Below, piece by piece: positions 23,690 to 34,644 of a DNA stretch of 64,000 nt (position 1 is the first letter of the stretch; each line of letters begins with the position of its first letter). The notes below the pieces were generated by a model. It did not search any database. It saw nothing but the letters and a program-made list of their open reading frames with translations, and was not told the origin of the DNA. The DNA is taken from positions 5,828,001 to 5,892,000 of the forward strand of contig NC_043011.1 of the NCBI RefSeq assembly GCF_006345805.1, given 5' to 3'. This DNA comes from Octopus sinensis. Lineage: Eukaryota. The translations under genes were made by a program, and so were the position numbers.

Positions 23690-23890
23690 CACAAGGGCCA
23701 GCAATTTTAGGGGAGGGGATAAAGTTGAGTGCAACGACCCCAGTATTCAACTGGTACTTATTTTATCAATCCTGAAAGGATAAAAGACAAAGTTGAACTC
23801 GGCGGAATTTGAACTCCAAACGTAAAGTTGGAAGAAATGTTGCTAAGCATTTTTTATTGGCATGGCAACAATTCTGCCAGTTTGTTGCTT
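23690..23890 (-). mobile_element. SINE B
   Basis: ctggtacttattttatcaatcctgaaagga...cggcggaatttgaactc...caattctgccag. Confidence 0.75.
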
Positions 23891-24099
23891 TAGAAAAGAT
23901 CAATAATATTGATGTTTAGCTTGAACACCTGAAAATTGATGTCTTCTTTTACTGAGCATAGAAAAACTGAAGGACCACTGCAATAAGTGTGTGAATCGGA
24001 GAGGGGAATATGCTGAATATAATCAGAATTAACTGATCCTCTGGAATTTTCTTTTACCCAAAGCCAGGAACTTTTCATTACCCCCTCATATATATATAT

Positions 24100-24138
<39 letters not shown>

Positions 24139-24140
<2 letters not shown>

Positions 24141-24539
24141 TCTTTTACTCTTTTACTTGTTTCAGTCATTTTGACTGCGGCCATGCTGGAGCACCGCCTT
24201 TAATCGAGCGACTTGTTCCTTTGTAAGCCCAGTACTTATTCTATCGGTCTCTTTTGCCGAACCGCTAAGTAACGGGGGCATAAACACACCAGCATCGGTT
24301 GTCAAGCAATGCTAGGGGGACAAACACAGACACACAAACACACACATGCATATATATATATATATATACATATATACAACGGGCTTCTTTCAGTTTCCGT
24401 CTACCAAATCCACTCACAAGGCTTTTGTTGGCCTGACGCTATAGTAGAAGACACTTGCCCAAGGTGCCACGCAGTGGGACTGAACCCGGAACCATGTGGT
24501 TGGTAAGCAAGCTACTTACCACACAGCCACTCCTGCGCC

Positions 24540-24540
<1 letters not shown>
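24139..24540 (-). mobile_element. SINE A, full length, young
   Basis: Reverse complement of the 19432-19832 consensus; (TA)n on both flanks. Confidence 0.9.
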
Positions 24541-24575
<35 letters not shown>

Positions 24576-24589
24576 TAATATATATCTAT

Positions 24590-25330
24590 CATCATCATCA
24601 TCATCGTTTAACGTCCGTTTTCCGCGCTAGCACGGGTTGGACGGTTCGACCGGGGTCTGGGAAGCCAGAGGCTGCTCCAGGCTCCAGTCTGATCTGGCAG
24701 AGTTTCTATGGCTGGATGCCCTTCCTAACGCCAACCACTCCGCGAGTGTAGTGGGTGCTTTTTACGTGCCACCTGCACAGGTACCAGGGGGGATCCAGCA
24801 TCGGTCACGATCAGTTGGAGCTTTTAACGTGCCAGCGGCACGGAAGCCAGCCAAGGCGGCGCTGGCAACGTTCGGATGGTCTTTTTATGTGCCACCGGCA
24901 CAGGAGCCGGTCGGGGCGGTGCTGGCATCGGCCACGTTCGGATGGTGCTTTTTATGTGCCACCGGTGCAGAAGCCAGTCAGGGCGGCGCTGGCATCGGCC
25001 ACGTTCGGATAGTGCTTTTTATGTGCCACCGGCACAGGCATCACAACTACTATTTCCATTGATATTTATTTCGACGTTCATGTCATGTACTTGACTCAAC
25101 AGGTCTCCTCAAGCACAGTGGGACGTTCTGGGATTGGGGGGTACTTTGAATGGGCAGGGGCTATGCGGAACTGATGCAGGAAGCAGCCCGGGTCTTTGCA
25201 GTCACAGCATATCTCCAGAGATCTCGGTCCTTCGCCATTGCCTCAGTGAGGCCCAACGCGCTGAGGTCATGCTTGATTACCTCATCCCATGTCTTTTCGG
25301 TGTGAATGTTTTTTTTTCTACGGTGCCATT
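24590..25330 (-). mobile_element. 5'-truncated RTE LINE (sister subfamily of 10040-11091)
   Basis: - strand ...PKKT/KTWDEVIKHDLSALGLTEAMAKDRDLWRYAVTAKT...; about 4 tandem ~67-bp UTR units; (GAT)n tail. Confidence 0.85.
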
Positions 25331-25443
25331 TTCACAATCCTATAAATAATAATAATGGTATTTTTATATAAGCTTAAAGCTTATGGCAGTCACCATGCAA
25401 TGACTAAGGAAAATAGTCAAATAAAGGAGCATATAAGCCCTCA

Positions 25444-25528
25444 ACAGAAAAAAGAAGGCTTTTCTATCCACATGGGAGTCGAACCCACATCCCTTTATAT
25501 ATATATATATAATATATATATATCCCTT

Positions 25529-25559
<31 letters not shown>

Positions 25560-25610
25560 AAGGGATGTGGGTTCGACTCCCATGTGGATAGAAAAGCCTC
25601 TTTTTTCTGT
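25444..25610. repeat. Fold-back inverted repeat (arms about 60 bp) around an AT microsatellite
   Basis: ggcttttctatccacatgggagtcgaacccacatcccttta is the exact reverse complement of taaagggatgtgggttcgactcccatgtggatagaaaagcc. Confidence 0.9.
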
Positions 25611-25912
25611 CTACCAAATTCTCTTAAAGAGAATGAGTTTTCCCAGGGCTATAGTAGAAGACACTTTCCCCAAGATGCTGCACAGCAAGACTGAACCCAC
25701 AACTCCATGGTTTCAAATCAAGCTTCTAACCCACACAGTCACGCCAGAATATAAATTAACTACAAAATATTGATATAACCAGAAAAGGCTAATCGCAGAT
25801 TAAATATACATTTATCAGATATAATTGTTCAGCTGGCAGAGATAAAAAGAAATCACCTCATATTTTTTACTTTCCTTTTGGGAATTTCAAAAGAGAAAGA
25901 ATAATAATAATG

Positions 25913-25975
<63 letters not shown>

Positions 25976-25976
<1 letters not shown>

Positions 25977-27546
25977 CTTTATTAAATTCAAGGGTTTACA
26001 TTAAGAAGAACATTACGGACAGTACAGGACAAAACAAAGAATATGTGTGTGTGAGAATTTTGCGTGTAGACAAGACTAACAAAATTATGAAAAAAAAAAA
26101 AAAGAAATCAACAATGTTTAATCCTCAATAGGGAGGAGACATTCAAGGGCTGCTCATGGAAAAACCTCATACAAAAAACCATGAGTACCCTGAGTTTTGG
26201 GGCAGGTGCCTTTTTTCTTTCCTTTTTTCCAACTATAGGCATATGGTTGGGGCAGGCCCGTTCACCCGCACCATTCTCACCCCTTTCATCCTCTTTTCAA
26301 TAAACTGGCTAGAAGACAACACTTCCCTCTCTCCCCTTATTTTCCTTTTCAAGTGAAACTTGAAGAACTTCATCAGGAATTGGCCAAAGAGAAAACTTCT
26401 TGTCTTCAGCTTTTCAGTCTCGTCCACCACACAAGCTCTATTGCCATGGTCACCAGGCATATGAACACAGCCTTTCCTTCCCGGTTAAAGGAGGGCAGTG
26501 GGGCAAGCTTCACAATGGATTCAGTTAACAGCCAGATCCCATCCCACACACGACAGCAGGTGTTCGACATAAACCCTCAGATCAGCAATGCTCGGGCACT
26601 GGACGAGTGCATCTCGGACATGCTTGGCTGACGGAACTTCTGTGCCTGTAAAGTTTATCTCAAACAAGCAAAGCTCCCTGGCAGCACTGCCAGGACAGAG
26701 ATTTTTGGAAATTATCCATTGGTCCCAGGCCGAAAGTTCTTTTGATAAGAACGGCTAGCTGATCTTCTTCAGCACCCAAGGTCTCCCCAAGAACGTCGTC
26801 ACACTTTTCCTCCACTAATCCTTTATAAAAGGCTAAAGTGAATGTTCCACCTATCACACTGTCCGATTGGTTGAGGGCTGCAAGCGCTTGAAGATATTCC
26901 ACTTTCCAAATGCTCCCCCTCAGTCTCAGTTGTACCCATGACTGCAGCTAAATTGAAGAAACTAGCTGCAGAAATACATGTCTGGCAAACGGCAACCACA
27001 CCTGTTCACCATCAAGGAAGCACTAGAGATGTCAGAGCCACACCACATGTCTGCGCCTCATCAACCACGGCATGCCCAGGCCACCACACACCAGGTGTTG
27101 ACAGTAAATAGATTGCTTCACTATCAAGACACAAGAAGCAGAAGAGTATAGGCTCCAGTATAACCAGATGGTGACCGGGACAAGGCATGACAGTCAAGCA
27201 ATAGTAGATGACGGACGTGATACACATGATTGCCACCCCTGCTCGACCTTTCAAGGAAAGCTTTCTCTTGGCTCATTTCTGGGTGAGAGTAGTTACCCTG
27301 CTCATTATCTCATCCCAGTTTTTGTCCATCTGGAGGTCCAGATCAAACCAGACCCTAAGCAATTTAACCAATCCATCCACCCAGCACCCAACGACACAGT
27401 TGGACAGCATGGATTTGCTTCTCTAGGTGCTGGGCCACAAGCTCACTGATTTTTTCTGGTTAATCGTTGCACCTGGAACCGCTTCGGAGTCCCTGAGAGT
27501 AGTGCTGATCATTTCTATTTGTTTATGATCCAACACCACTATGGTG
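25976..27546 (-). mobile_element. L1/Tx1-type LINE 3' fragment, pseudogenised
   Basis: - strand post-RT ...LVKLLRVWFDLDLQMDKNW...KRKLSLKGRA...FYKGLVEEKCDD...LSWQCCQGAL, a Cys/His knuckle region, ...MVRVNG; AATAAA near the 3' end; stops and frameshifts. Confidence 0.8.
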
Positions 27547-27704
27547 TCTGAAGCTTCAGTTTGTTCAGAAATTAAAAGCAGAAAATTGCAAACTCCTCAG
27601 CTTCGCAACAGGTAGAAATATTTCCAAGAGGATCGAAAAATTATTCTCCTTTTAGTAATCTGTCACAACACTGAAATGAAATAATAATAATTCTTTCTCT
27701 TATA

Positions 27705-27898
27705 GGCACAAGACCCAAAATTTTGGGGGACAGAGCCAGCTGATTAAATGGACCCCAGTGCTCTACTGGTACTTATAACACCAACCTTGAATGGACAAAT
27801 ACAAAGCCAACCTTGGTGGAATTTGAATACAGGACACAGAGCTGGAAGAAACACCACAAAGCGTCGAGTGTGCTAACAATTCTGCCAGCTTGTCACCT

Positions 27899-27900
<2 letters not shown>
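27705..27900 (-). mobile_element. SINE B, older
   Basis: ataggcacaagacccaaaattttggggg...ggaatttgaatac...caattctgccagcttgtcacctt. Confidence 0.7.
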
Positions 27901-27929
<29 letters not shown>

Positions 27930-27959
27930 AACTGCTTTTGTCACAGCAGCATCATCAGA

Positions 27960-28275
27960 TGACGAGGATATTAGATGGATAGTTTGCAATTTGTGTCAGT
28001 GATTTACATAAAAGAGGATGCAGGAGGGAGGAGAGAGAGAAACAAAATAAAAGATAACACACAAACTACGTGACTACATGAATGATGCAGCCCTCCTGAT
28101 ACAGGAGAACTCCAGGGCCAACCAACAAATCCTACAGATCCAAGATCCCCCTGACCACCAGAGGGCACAGCTTTTGCCCAACCATTGTACTCCAATCGAA
28201 AGGCATATGCTTAGAGTAGCTCCATTCACCCTGACCCTTTTGGGAAAGCACTTCCCTCTCCAACCAGATTTTGGC
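27960..28275 (-). mobile_element. L1/Tx1 3' end fragment
   Basis: ...PKRVRVNGATLSICLSIGVQWLG... homologous to 26230-26300. Confidence 0.6.
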
Positions 28276-29084
28276 ACAAGACCAGCAATTTTTGGTGGCA
28301 GTGGGAGTCAAATACATCAACCCCCTGAAAGGATGAAAGACAAAGTTGGCCCTTTAGCGGGATTTAAAGTCCTGTTTTATCGTCTGGTAGAAGACATTGT
28401 CATATATAGGACAGTTTGGCACAATGTCTTTTTTTCTCATGAGATGATAGTGTTTGCAAACCTGGCAAACCCAAGCTGCCAAACCACAAAGTAAGGAGGA
28501 GGAGGAGGAGGAGGAGGGGGAGGAGGAGGAGGAGGGGGAGGAGGAATAGATGAGAAAATAAGGCAGAAAAAGAATGAAAACTAATAAACAGAAAGTAAAA
28601 AAAACTAAAGAGATTTGAAAATGACAGCAACAGCAACAACAAGTGTTCTTCCAATCTTGTTAAGGAATTTGAAAAGCTAAAAACAGAAACAACAACAAAA
28701 TTGTGTTTGAAAGCAAAAAGAATATTAAATCCAGAAATGGAAATCCAAACTGAAACTTCATGTAGAAGCAAGACTGAAACGGTTTCTTAGTAATGTTCTG
28801 GAAGCAATGAGCATAAGGGTGTGGTGCCAATAACAGTGCCCCCTGTGGAGACCATAACAGCAAACATTTGGAATTAAAACTAATATGGTAGCAATTCAGA
28901 AACTGATGTGGTTGGGGATTGTAGTCATAAATAGATTTGAATTGTGGCTTGTTTTAATCCTAACATCAGTCATAAATACATGGATCATAAGCATACGGGT
29001 CTTAAACCTAAGTCATAAATCTAACGCAAGTTGTAAAACCAACTGGAGTCATAAACGAAAATCACAATTACAAACCCAGCCTGA

Positions 29085-29352
29085 TAAGAGTCCCTGAGTC
29101 TAACAGAAGTCTCTGAACCCAACAAGAGTCACTGAGCCCAATAGCCTTGAGCCCAACAGGAGTCATTAAGTCAACAGGAGTCCCTGACCCCAACAGGAGT
29201 CTCTGACCCCAACAGGGGTCCCTGGACCCAACAAGAGTCCCTGGACCCAGCGCCTTAAGCCCAACAGGAGTCGCTGAGCCCAATAGCCTTGAGTGACTCC
29301 TGTTGGGCTCAGCGACTCTTGTTGGGCTCAGGGACTCCTGTTGGACTCAAGG
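29085..29352. repeat. ~20-bp minisatellite (GAGTCCCTGAGCCCAACAG-like) with its terminal units inverted
   Basis: Forward units 29085-29294, reverse-complement units 29295-29352. Confidence 0.85.
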
Positions 29353-29789
29353 TTGACCAATCTCCCAGTGTTTCTGTCAGATTTCTGCCTTGATAATAAT
29401 TGTTTTCAACTTTGACATGAGGCAAGTGATTTTGAGGGGAGAGGGCAAATCAATTACAGAGGCTCCAGTCCTTGACTGATACATCAGTTTATCAATCAAT
29501 CCCCAGAGTAATGAAAGGCAAAGCTGACCTTAGAACGATTTGAACTCAGAACACTGAAGAGCCAGAAGAAATATAGGAGAAGGTATATTTTTCTGAGGCT
29601 CAAATGATTCTAGCAGCTTACCATGTTAGACAACAGGAAAATAATGAAAGATTTGTTAGGTGAAATAAAGATTTAAAACAAACAGAGAAGAAAGGGTCAT
29701 GGCATCTGTTATAAGAAACACACAGCTATTGAATAAGAACAGGGGTCAGGAAAGTTTAGGGAGTCATTACCCCTGCTAGTAATAAGAGA

Positions 29790-30020
29790 AGGATTCAAGG
29801 TGACGAACTGGTAGAAACTTTAGCATGCCAGGCAAAATGCTTAGCCGTATTTCGTCTGTCATTATGTTCTGAGTTCAAATTCCACCGAGGTTGACTCTGC
29901 CTTTCATCCTTTTGGGGTCAATAAATTAAGTACCAGTTGTGTATTGGGATCAATCTAATTGACTGGCCCCATCCTGCCCAAAAATTTGGGGCCTTGTGCC
30001 TCGAGTAGAAAAGAATAAGA
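29790..30020 (+). mobile_element. SINE B
   Basis: aaggtgacgaactggtagaaac...gagttcaaattcc...gccttgtgcctcgagtagaaaaga. Confidence 0.8.
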
Positions 30021-30164
30021 GAAGGATTCTCTCTTTGAATGAAGGGTAGATTTTTGTACAAGTTATGCTACATGGTAGTGAGACATGAACCCTGAATGAT
30101 GTAGGGTGCATGTGAAGGCTAGAGGGATATGAAGGCAGCATGCTTCATTAGATGTGTAATATTA

Positions 30165-30470
30165 GTGGCTTAGTGGTTACGGTATTCGGCTCATGATCGT
30201 AAGGTCATGAGTTCAATTCACATCAGCGTGTTGTGCCCTTGAGCAAGACACTTTACTTCATGCTGCCCCAGTTCACTCAGCTGGCAAAAATGAGTTGTAC
30301 CAGTAATTCAGAGGAGCCAGCCATGTCACATTCTGTGTCTCACTGAATCTCTCAGAGAAATACGTTAAGGATATATGTGTCTGTGGAGCACTCAGCCACT
30401 TGCACGTTAATTTCACAAGCAGGCTGATCAGATCAACTAGAACAATCCTAACTGATGGAGCACCAATCTG
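30165..30470 (+). mobile_element. SINE family D
   Basis: gtggcttagtggtt A-box, gagttcaattc B-box; aligns with 21351-21660. Confidence 0.75.
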
Positions 30471-31155
30471 TTGATGTTAGTGTTTATGACTGACATGGCA
30501 GCGCTGAGCTAAAAGACAGACAAGGTTTATGACAGGGAAGAGGAGAGAGATCACACATGTGGCCCAGAGGCTGGATTGTGTCTGTTAAGGATTTAATACC
30601 AGTCGATCAAGTGGCCATTTTCTGGATGTGGCCCAGGATGTCTGTGTGGTGTGGAATTTTTTTTTTTTTTTAAATAATAAAATTGCCATTTTTTCCCCTC
30701 ATTTTCTTGTATTTAATCTGCCAATCCATCAAAATCAGATTACAAAACCTTTTCTCTTTTTTGTTTGCTTTTATGGGAAAAAATTCCAAGACAAAAAAAT
30801 ATAGAAAAGACAAAAAAGTAGAAAAAACAAAAAAAGTTTTTTTAAACTTCCAAAACAATAACAAATTCTGTGAGGGTTACTCCCTCTCCTAGAAATAGCA
30901 GCCAAATCTTCCTCAAATCAACCTACACTGTCTTAAGTAAAGAAAGGACAGATTGAATAAAATAACCCTTGACTTAGGCATGGCTGTATAGTTAAGAAAC
31001 TCACTTTGAACCCACATGGTTTCAGGTTCAGTCCCACTGCATGGTACTTTAGGCAAGTGTCTTCTACTAAAGCCCATTTCCAAGTAAGTTTATATATGTG
31101 TGTGCATTATATATATATATATATATATATATAGATATATATATATATATATATA

Positions 31156-31249
<94 letters not shown>

Positions 31250-31802
31250 CATATACACACACACACACACACATATATATATATTTAAGCTGGTACTCCA
31301 GCATGACCAGTCTGATGAGTGAAACTAGTAAAGGGATAAAGAGATACACACACACACACATAGATACACAATGGGGGTTCTTTCAGTTTCCATAAACCAA
31401 ATCCTCTCACAAGGCTTTGGTCAGCCTGAGGCCCAAGGTACCAAGCAGTGGCACTGAACTTGGAACTGTGTGGTTGAGAAGCAAACTTCTTACCACACAG
31501 CCACTCCTGAAATTTTTTTTTTTGGGGGGGGGGTCAACAACAACAAAAACAAATCACCAAAAAATGTAGAAATTTCATGACTTACAATAAAATACTTTCT
31601 TGAACGCCGAGAGTTTCCAGGGTAGAGTAAGGAGGAATCTGAAGGAAAGGAAATAACAAACATTACATAAATACACAGAAGTGAAACGAAGGTCTGGATT
31701 GAAGCCTTTTATGTATGTGTGTGAGCGTGTGTATGTAAGAATGTGTATAAAGACAAACATACAATACATATATACATGGATATACATATATATGTATATA
31801 TA

Positions 31803-32195
31803 CTAGCAGTATCGCCCAGCGTTGCTCGGGTTTGTTTCGACCCCTCAGAATAGGAATTTTTGAAAAGTAAAAATTTTGCATTATGTAGCTTGTTATTCTC
31901 TTTAAGTGAACATTTTTCTGGTTGAAATACACCGAAAAATGGCGACACAGTAGTAAAAAAAAACCGTAAAAAGTAGGGATTTCCATAGAAAAAAAGCACC
32001 TTTTTGATGTAAATAATTTTTGGTGTTAACATGGTTCGATTTGAATTTTTTCTTCGACGGAAGGAAGAGCAAGTCTTCTTCTATCATACTCTCAATTTTG
32101 GTAACCTTGCGCCGCAGGGTCTCGGAGGAGATAGCGTTAGTTGAATGCGACCAAACCTGCCATACACTGAAGACAACTTCAGCTTTATATATATA
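31803..32195 (-). mobile_element. Non-autonomous Helitron
   Basis: - strand 3' end cccgagc-aac-gctggg hairpin then ...gCTAG|T; 5' end TATATATAAAGCTG; in (TA)n. Confidence 0.7.
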
Positions 32196-32691
32196 CATAT
32201 ATATATACACATATATAGATTACACTACAAAAGCATAAAAGTGCTGAATGCAACCTTGTATTGAAAATGCATACAATCTGATAAATGGTAATTAATGCAA
32301 GATAAACAGGGATTACTTAATCTCTGGTTATCTCATACAACACATACACACACGTGTGTGTGTGTGTGTGTGTGTGAGTGTACCACAGAGTTTCAAAATA
32401 CATGACTGTGTATAAGCATTATATATATGTGTATGTGTGTATATATTTTGGTAAGTTAATTTGTGAACATGTGTAACTGTGTTTATGTATGTATTAAATT
32501 ATGTATGTGCATATGTATGTGTATATATATATATAGAGTATTTAATCTAAATTTAGCTTATATTTTCTCTGTAAAGGTGTAATTTTTACCTGTAAAGTTG
32601 TGAACTTGTTAGCCACCTTATTAATATCATTGATAATGATAATAATACATCTTCATTTTTATTCATATGTGTGTATATATATATATATATA

Positions 32692-32768
32692 CTTTATTTA
32701 AAAGCAGCAGAAATTCAACAAAACCTGTTACTCGCAGTTTCATGTTTCCGTTTGTCGGACAGTTTCGT
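32692..32768 (-). mobile_element. Penelope-like terminal-repeat fragment with decayed hammerhead motif
   Basis: Homologous to 34143-34216; - strand aaactgt CCGACAA acg-gaaa-cat GAAAC tgcga GTA acag (core mutated). Confidence 0.65.
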
Positions 32769-33153
32769 TAATATATATAATATATATATATATGATGTGT
32801 GGTAAATTTATGAAATGAAGTCCCATAAAATCCATTAATTTAGTTAAAAATGGAGGAGGCAACTTGTTGAGATGTATAAGAAGTTTAATTCTTGTTGCAG
32901 ACAATCGTTTCGTACAGAGATATAATAATAATAATAATAATGTAAATTCATGATTGAATTAAATTAAATTAATTAAATAAATATCAATGTACGCTTCAGT
33001 GCAGGAAGTAGAAACCATAATGGAAAGAACTAGAGAAAGAATATAGCAGAAAAATTGAATGTAGGAGATTCATATTTTCATCCGTGTGAGAAAGAGATGT
33101 GAGCCATGTTGGGTATTTAACCGTAACATATATATATATATATATATATATAT

Positions 33154-33560
33154 AGGCGCAGGAGTGGCTGTGTGGTAAGTAGCTTGCTTACCAACCACAT
33201 GGTCATGGGTTCAGTCCCACTGCGTGGCACCTTGGGCAAGTGTCTTCTACTATAGCCTCGGGCCGACCAAAGCCTTGTGAGTGGATTTGGTAGACGGAAA
33301 CTGATAGAAGCCCATCGTATATATGTATATATATATATGCGTGTGTGTGTTTGTGTATCTGTGTTTGTCCCTCTAGCATTGCTTGACAACTGATGCTGGT
33401 GTGTTTATGTCCCCGTTACTTAGCGGTTCGGCAAAAAGACACCGATAGAATAAGTACTGGGCTTACAAAAGAATAAGTCCCGGGGTCGAGTTGCTCGATT
33501 AAAGGCGGTGCTCCAGCATGGCCGCAGTCAAATGACTGAAAAGAGTAAAAGAGTAAAGAG
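33154..33560 (+). mobile_element. SINE A, full length, young
   Basis: Consensus match from aggcgcagg to gagtaaaagagtaaagag; preceded by (TA)n. Confidence 0.9.
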
Positions 33561-33569
33561 ATATATATC

Positions 33570-33770
33570 TTTTATTTGTTTTGGTCATATTAGACTGTGG
33601 CCATGCTGGGGCACCACCTTGAAGCATTTTTAGTCAAATGACTTGGCCCAGTCCCTTTTTTTCAAGCCTTTTATTTATTCTAATGTCTTTTTTTTTTTTG
33701 CTTAATTGCTAATTTACAAGGCCATAAACAGCAGCAGTCAAGTGTTGGCGGGTGACAAATGCGCACACAC
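33570..33770 (-). mobile_element. SINE A 3' half, older, tail-to-tail with 33154-33560
   Basis: gactgtggccatgctggggcaccacc...gtcaagtgttgg. Confidence 0.65.
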
Positions 33771-34028
33771 ACACACACACGTATACATAATCAAATCTGA
33801 AATCCTCCCTGATATGACTCCATCTTGCTTGTAGTAGGGAGAGTCATTAAAAAAGTGCTCTCACATGGCTAAGTGTTGTTTTGACACTTATTTCTAGCAA
33901 TGCTGGTGCTGGCTAGCACCCTCCATTACTTCAGTGACAACCCTACTTGTTGCCTTTCAGTTCTAAACTGCAAATAGCCACTTCAATAACTTTATATATA
34001 AAGAAGCCTGTTTGGTGTGTATGTGTAT

Positions 34029-34070
<42 letters not shown>

Positions 34071-34073
<3 letters not shown>

Positions 34074-34299
34074 AGAGTAAACACATAAATGTGAAACAAG
34101 GTGGAAAAAAGAGTACTCAAATACCAGTGGTAGAGTAATATGCTTTATTTAAAGCAGCAGAAAATTCAACAAAATCTGTTACTCTGAGTTTCTCGTTGCC
34201 GTTCATCAGACAGTTTTTGCTAGAACAAACTGTCTGATGAACGGCAACGAGAAACTCAGAGTAACAGATTTTGTTGAATTTTCTGCTGCTTTAAATAAA

Positions 34300-34300
<1 letters not shown>
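34071..34300 (-). mobile_element. Penelope-like terminal repeat with inverted duplication (perfect 74-bp arms, 10-nt loop)
   Basis: 34143-34216 is the exact reverse complement of 34227-34300; carries a hammerhead motif; flanked by (TA)n. Confidence 0.7.
34227..34271 (+). ncRNA. Minimal type-I hammerhead ribozyme motif (mirror copy on - strand at 34172-34216)
   Basis: ctgt|CTGATGA|acg-GCAA-cga|GAAAC|t-cag-a|GTA|acag: stem I ctgt/acag, GNRA-capped stem II, short stem III, GUA cleavage triplet at 34261-34263. Confidence 0.7.
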
Positions 34301-34342
<42 letters not shown>

Positions 34343-34416
34343 CACACACACACAAATGGATTTTTTAAACTTTTGAAACTTGTCCAATATTATCATCATC
34401 ATCATCAACATATTGA

Positions 34417-34644
34417 CCCTTTTGTTACCATATTTCTGTTGAGAAGTTCTGTGTTTCTTTCAATTAATTTTAAATATAACAAAGAATTTAGTAAAATAAC
34501 TTGGTTATTATCATCATTAAGCCAGTGTTAGGAACATAAATTGAGACTAAAGTTTGGTGGAAGGTTTTAATTTGAAACTTTTGAAAACAAGACATTCGTA
34601 CTACAGAGCCAGAGGCTGTTTCAGGCAGGTTGGTATCAGAAGGG
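34417..34644. mobile_element. piggyBac-type MITE
   Basis: ttga|CCCTTTTGTTACC...GGTATCAGAAGGG|TTAA; homologous to 58477-58685. Confidence 0.65.

Noticed and set aside
28923-29055. CRISPR-like repeat-spacer appearance
   Set aside because: The repeat is only 9-10 bp, spacing is irregular, the context is eukaryotic and there are no cas genes.
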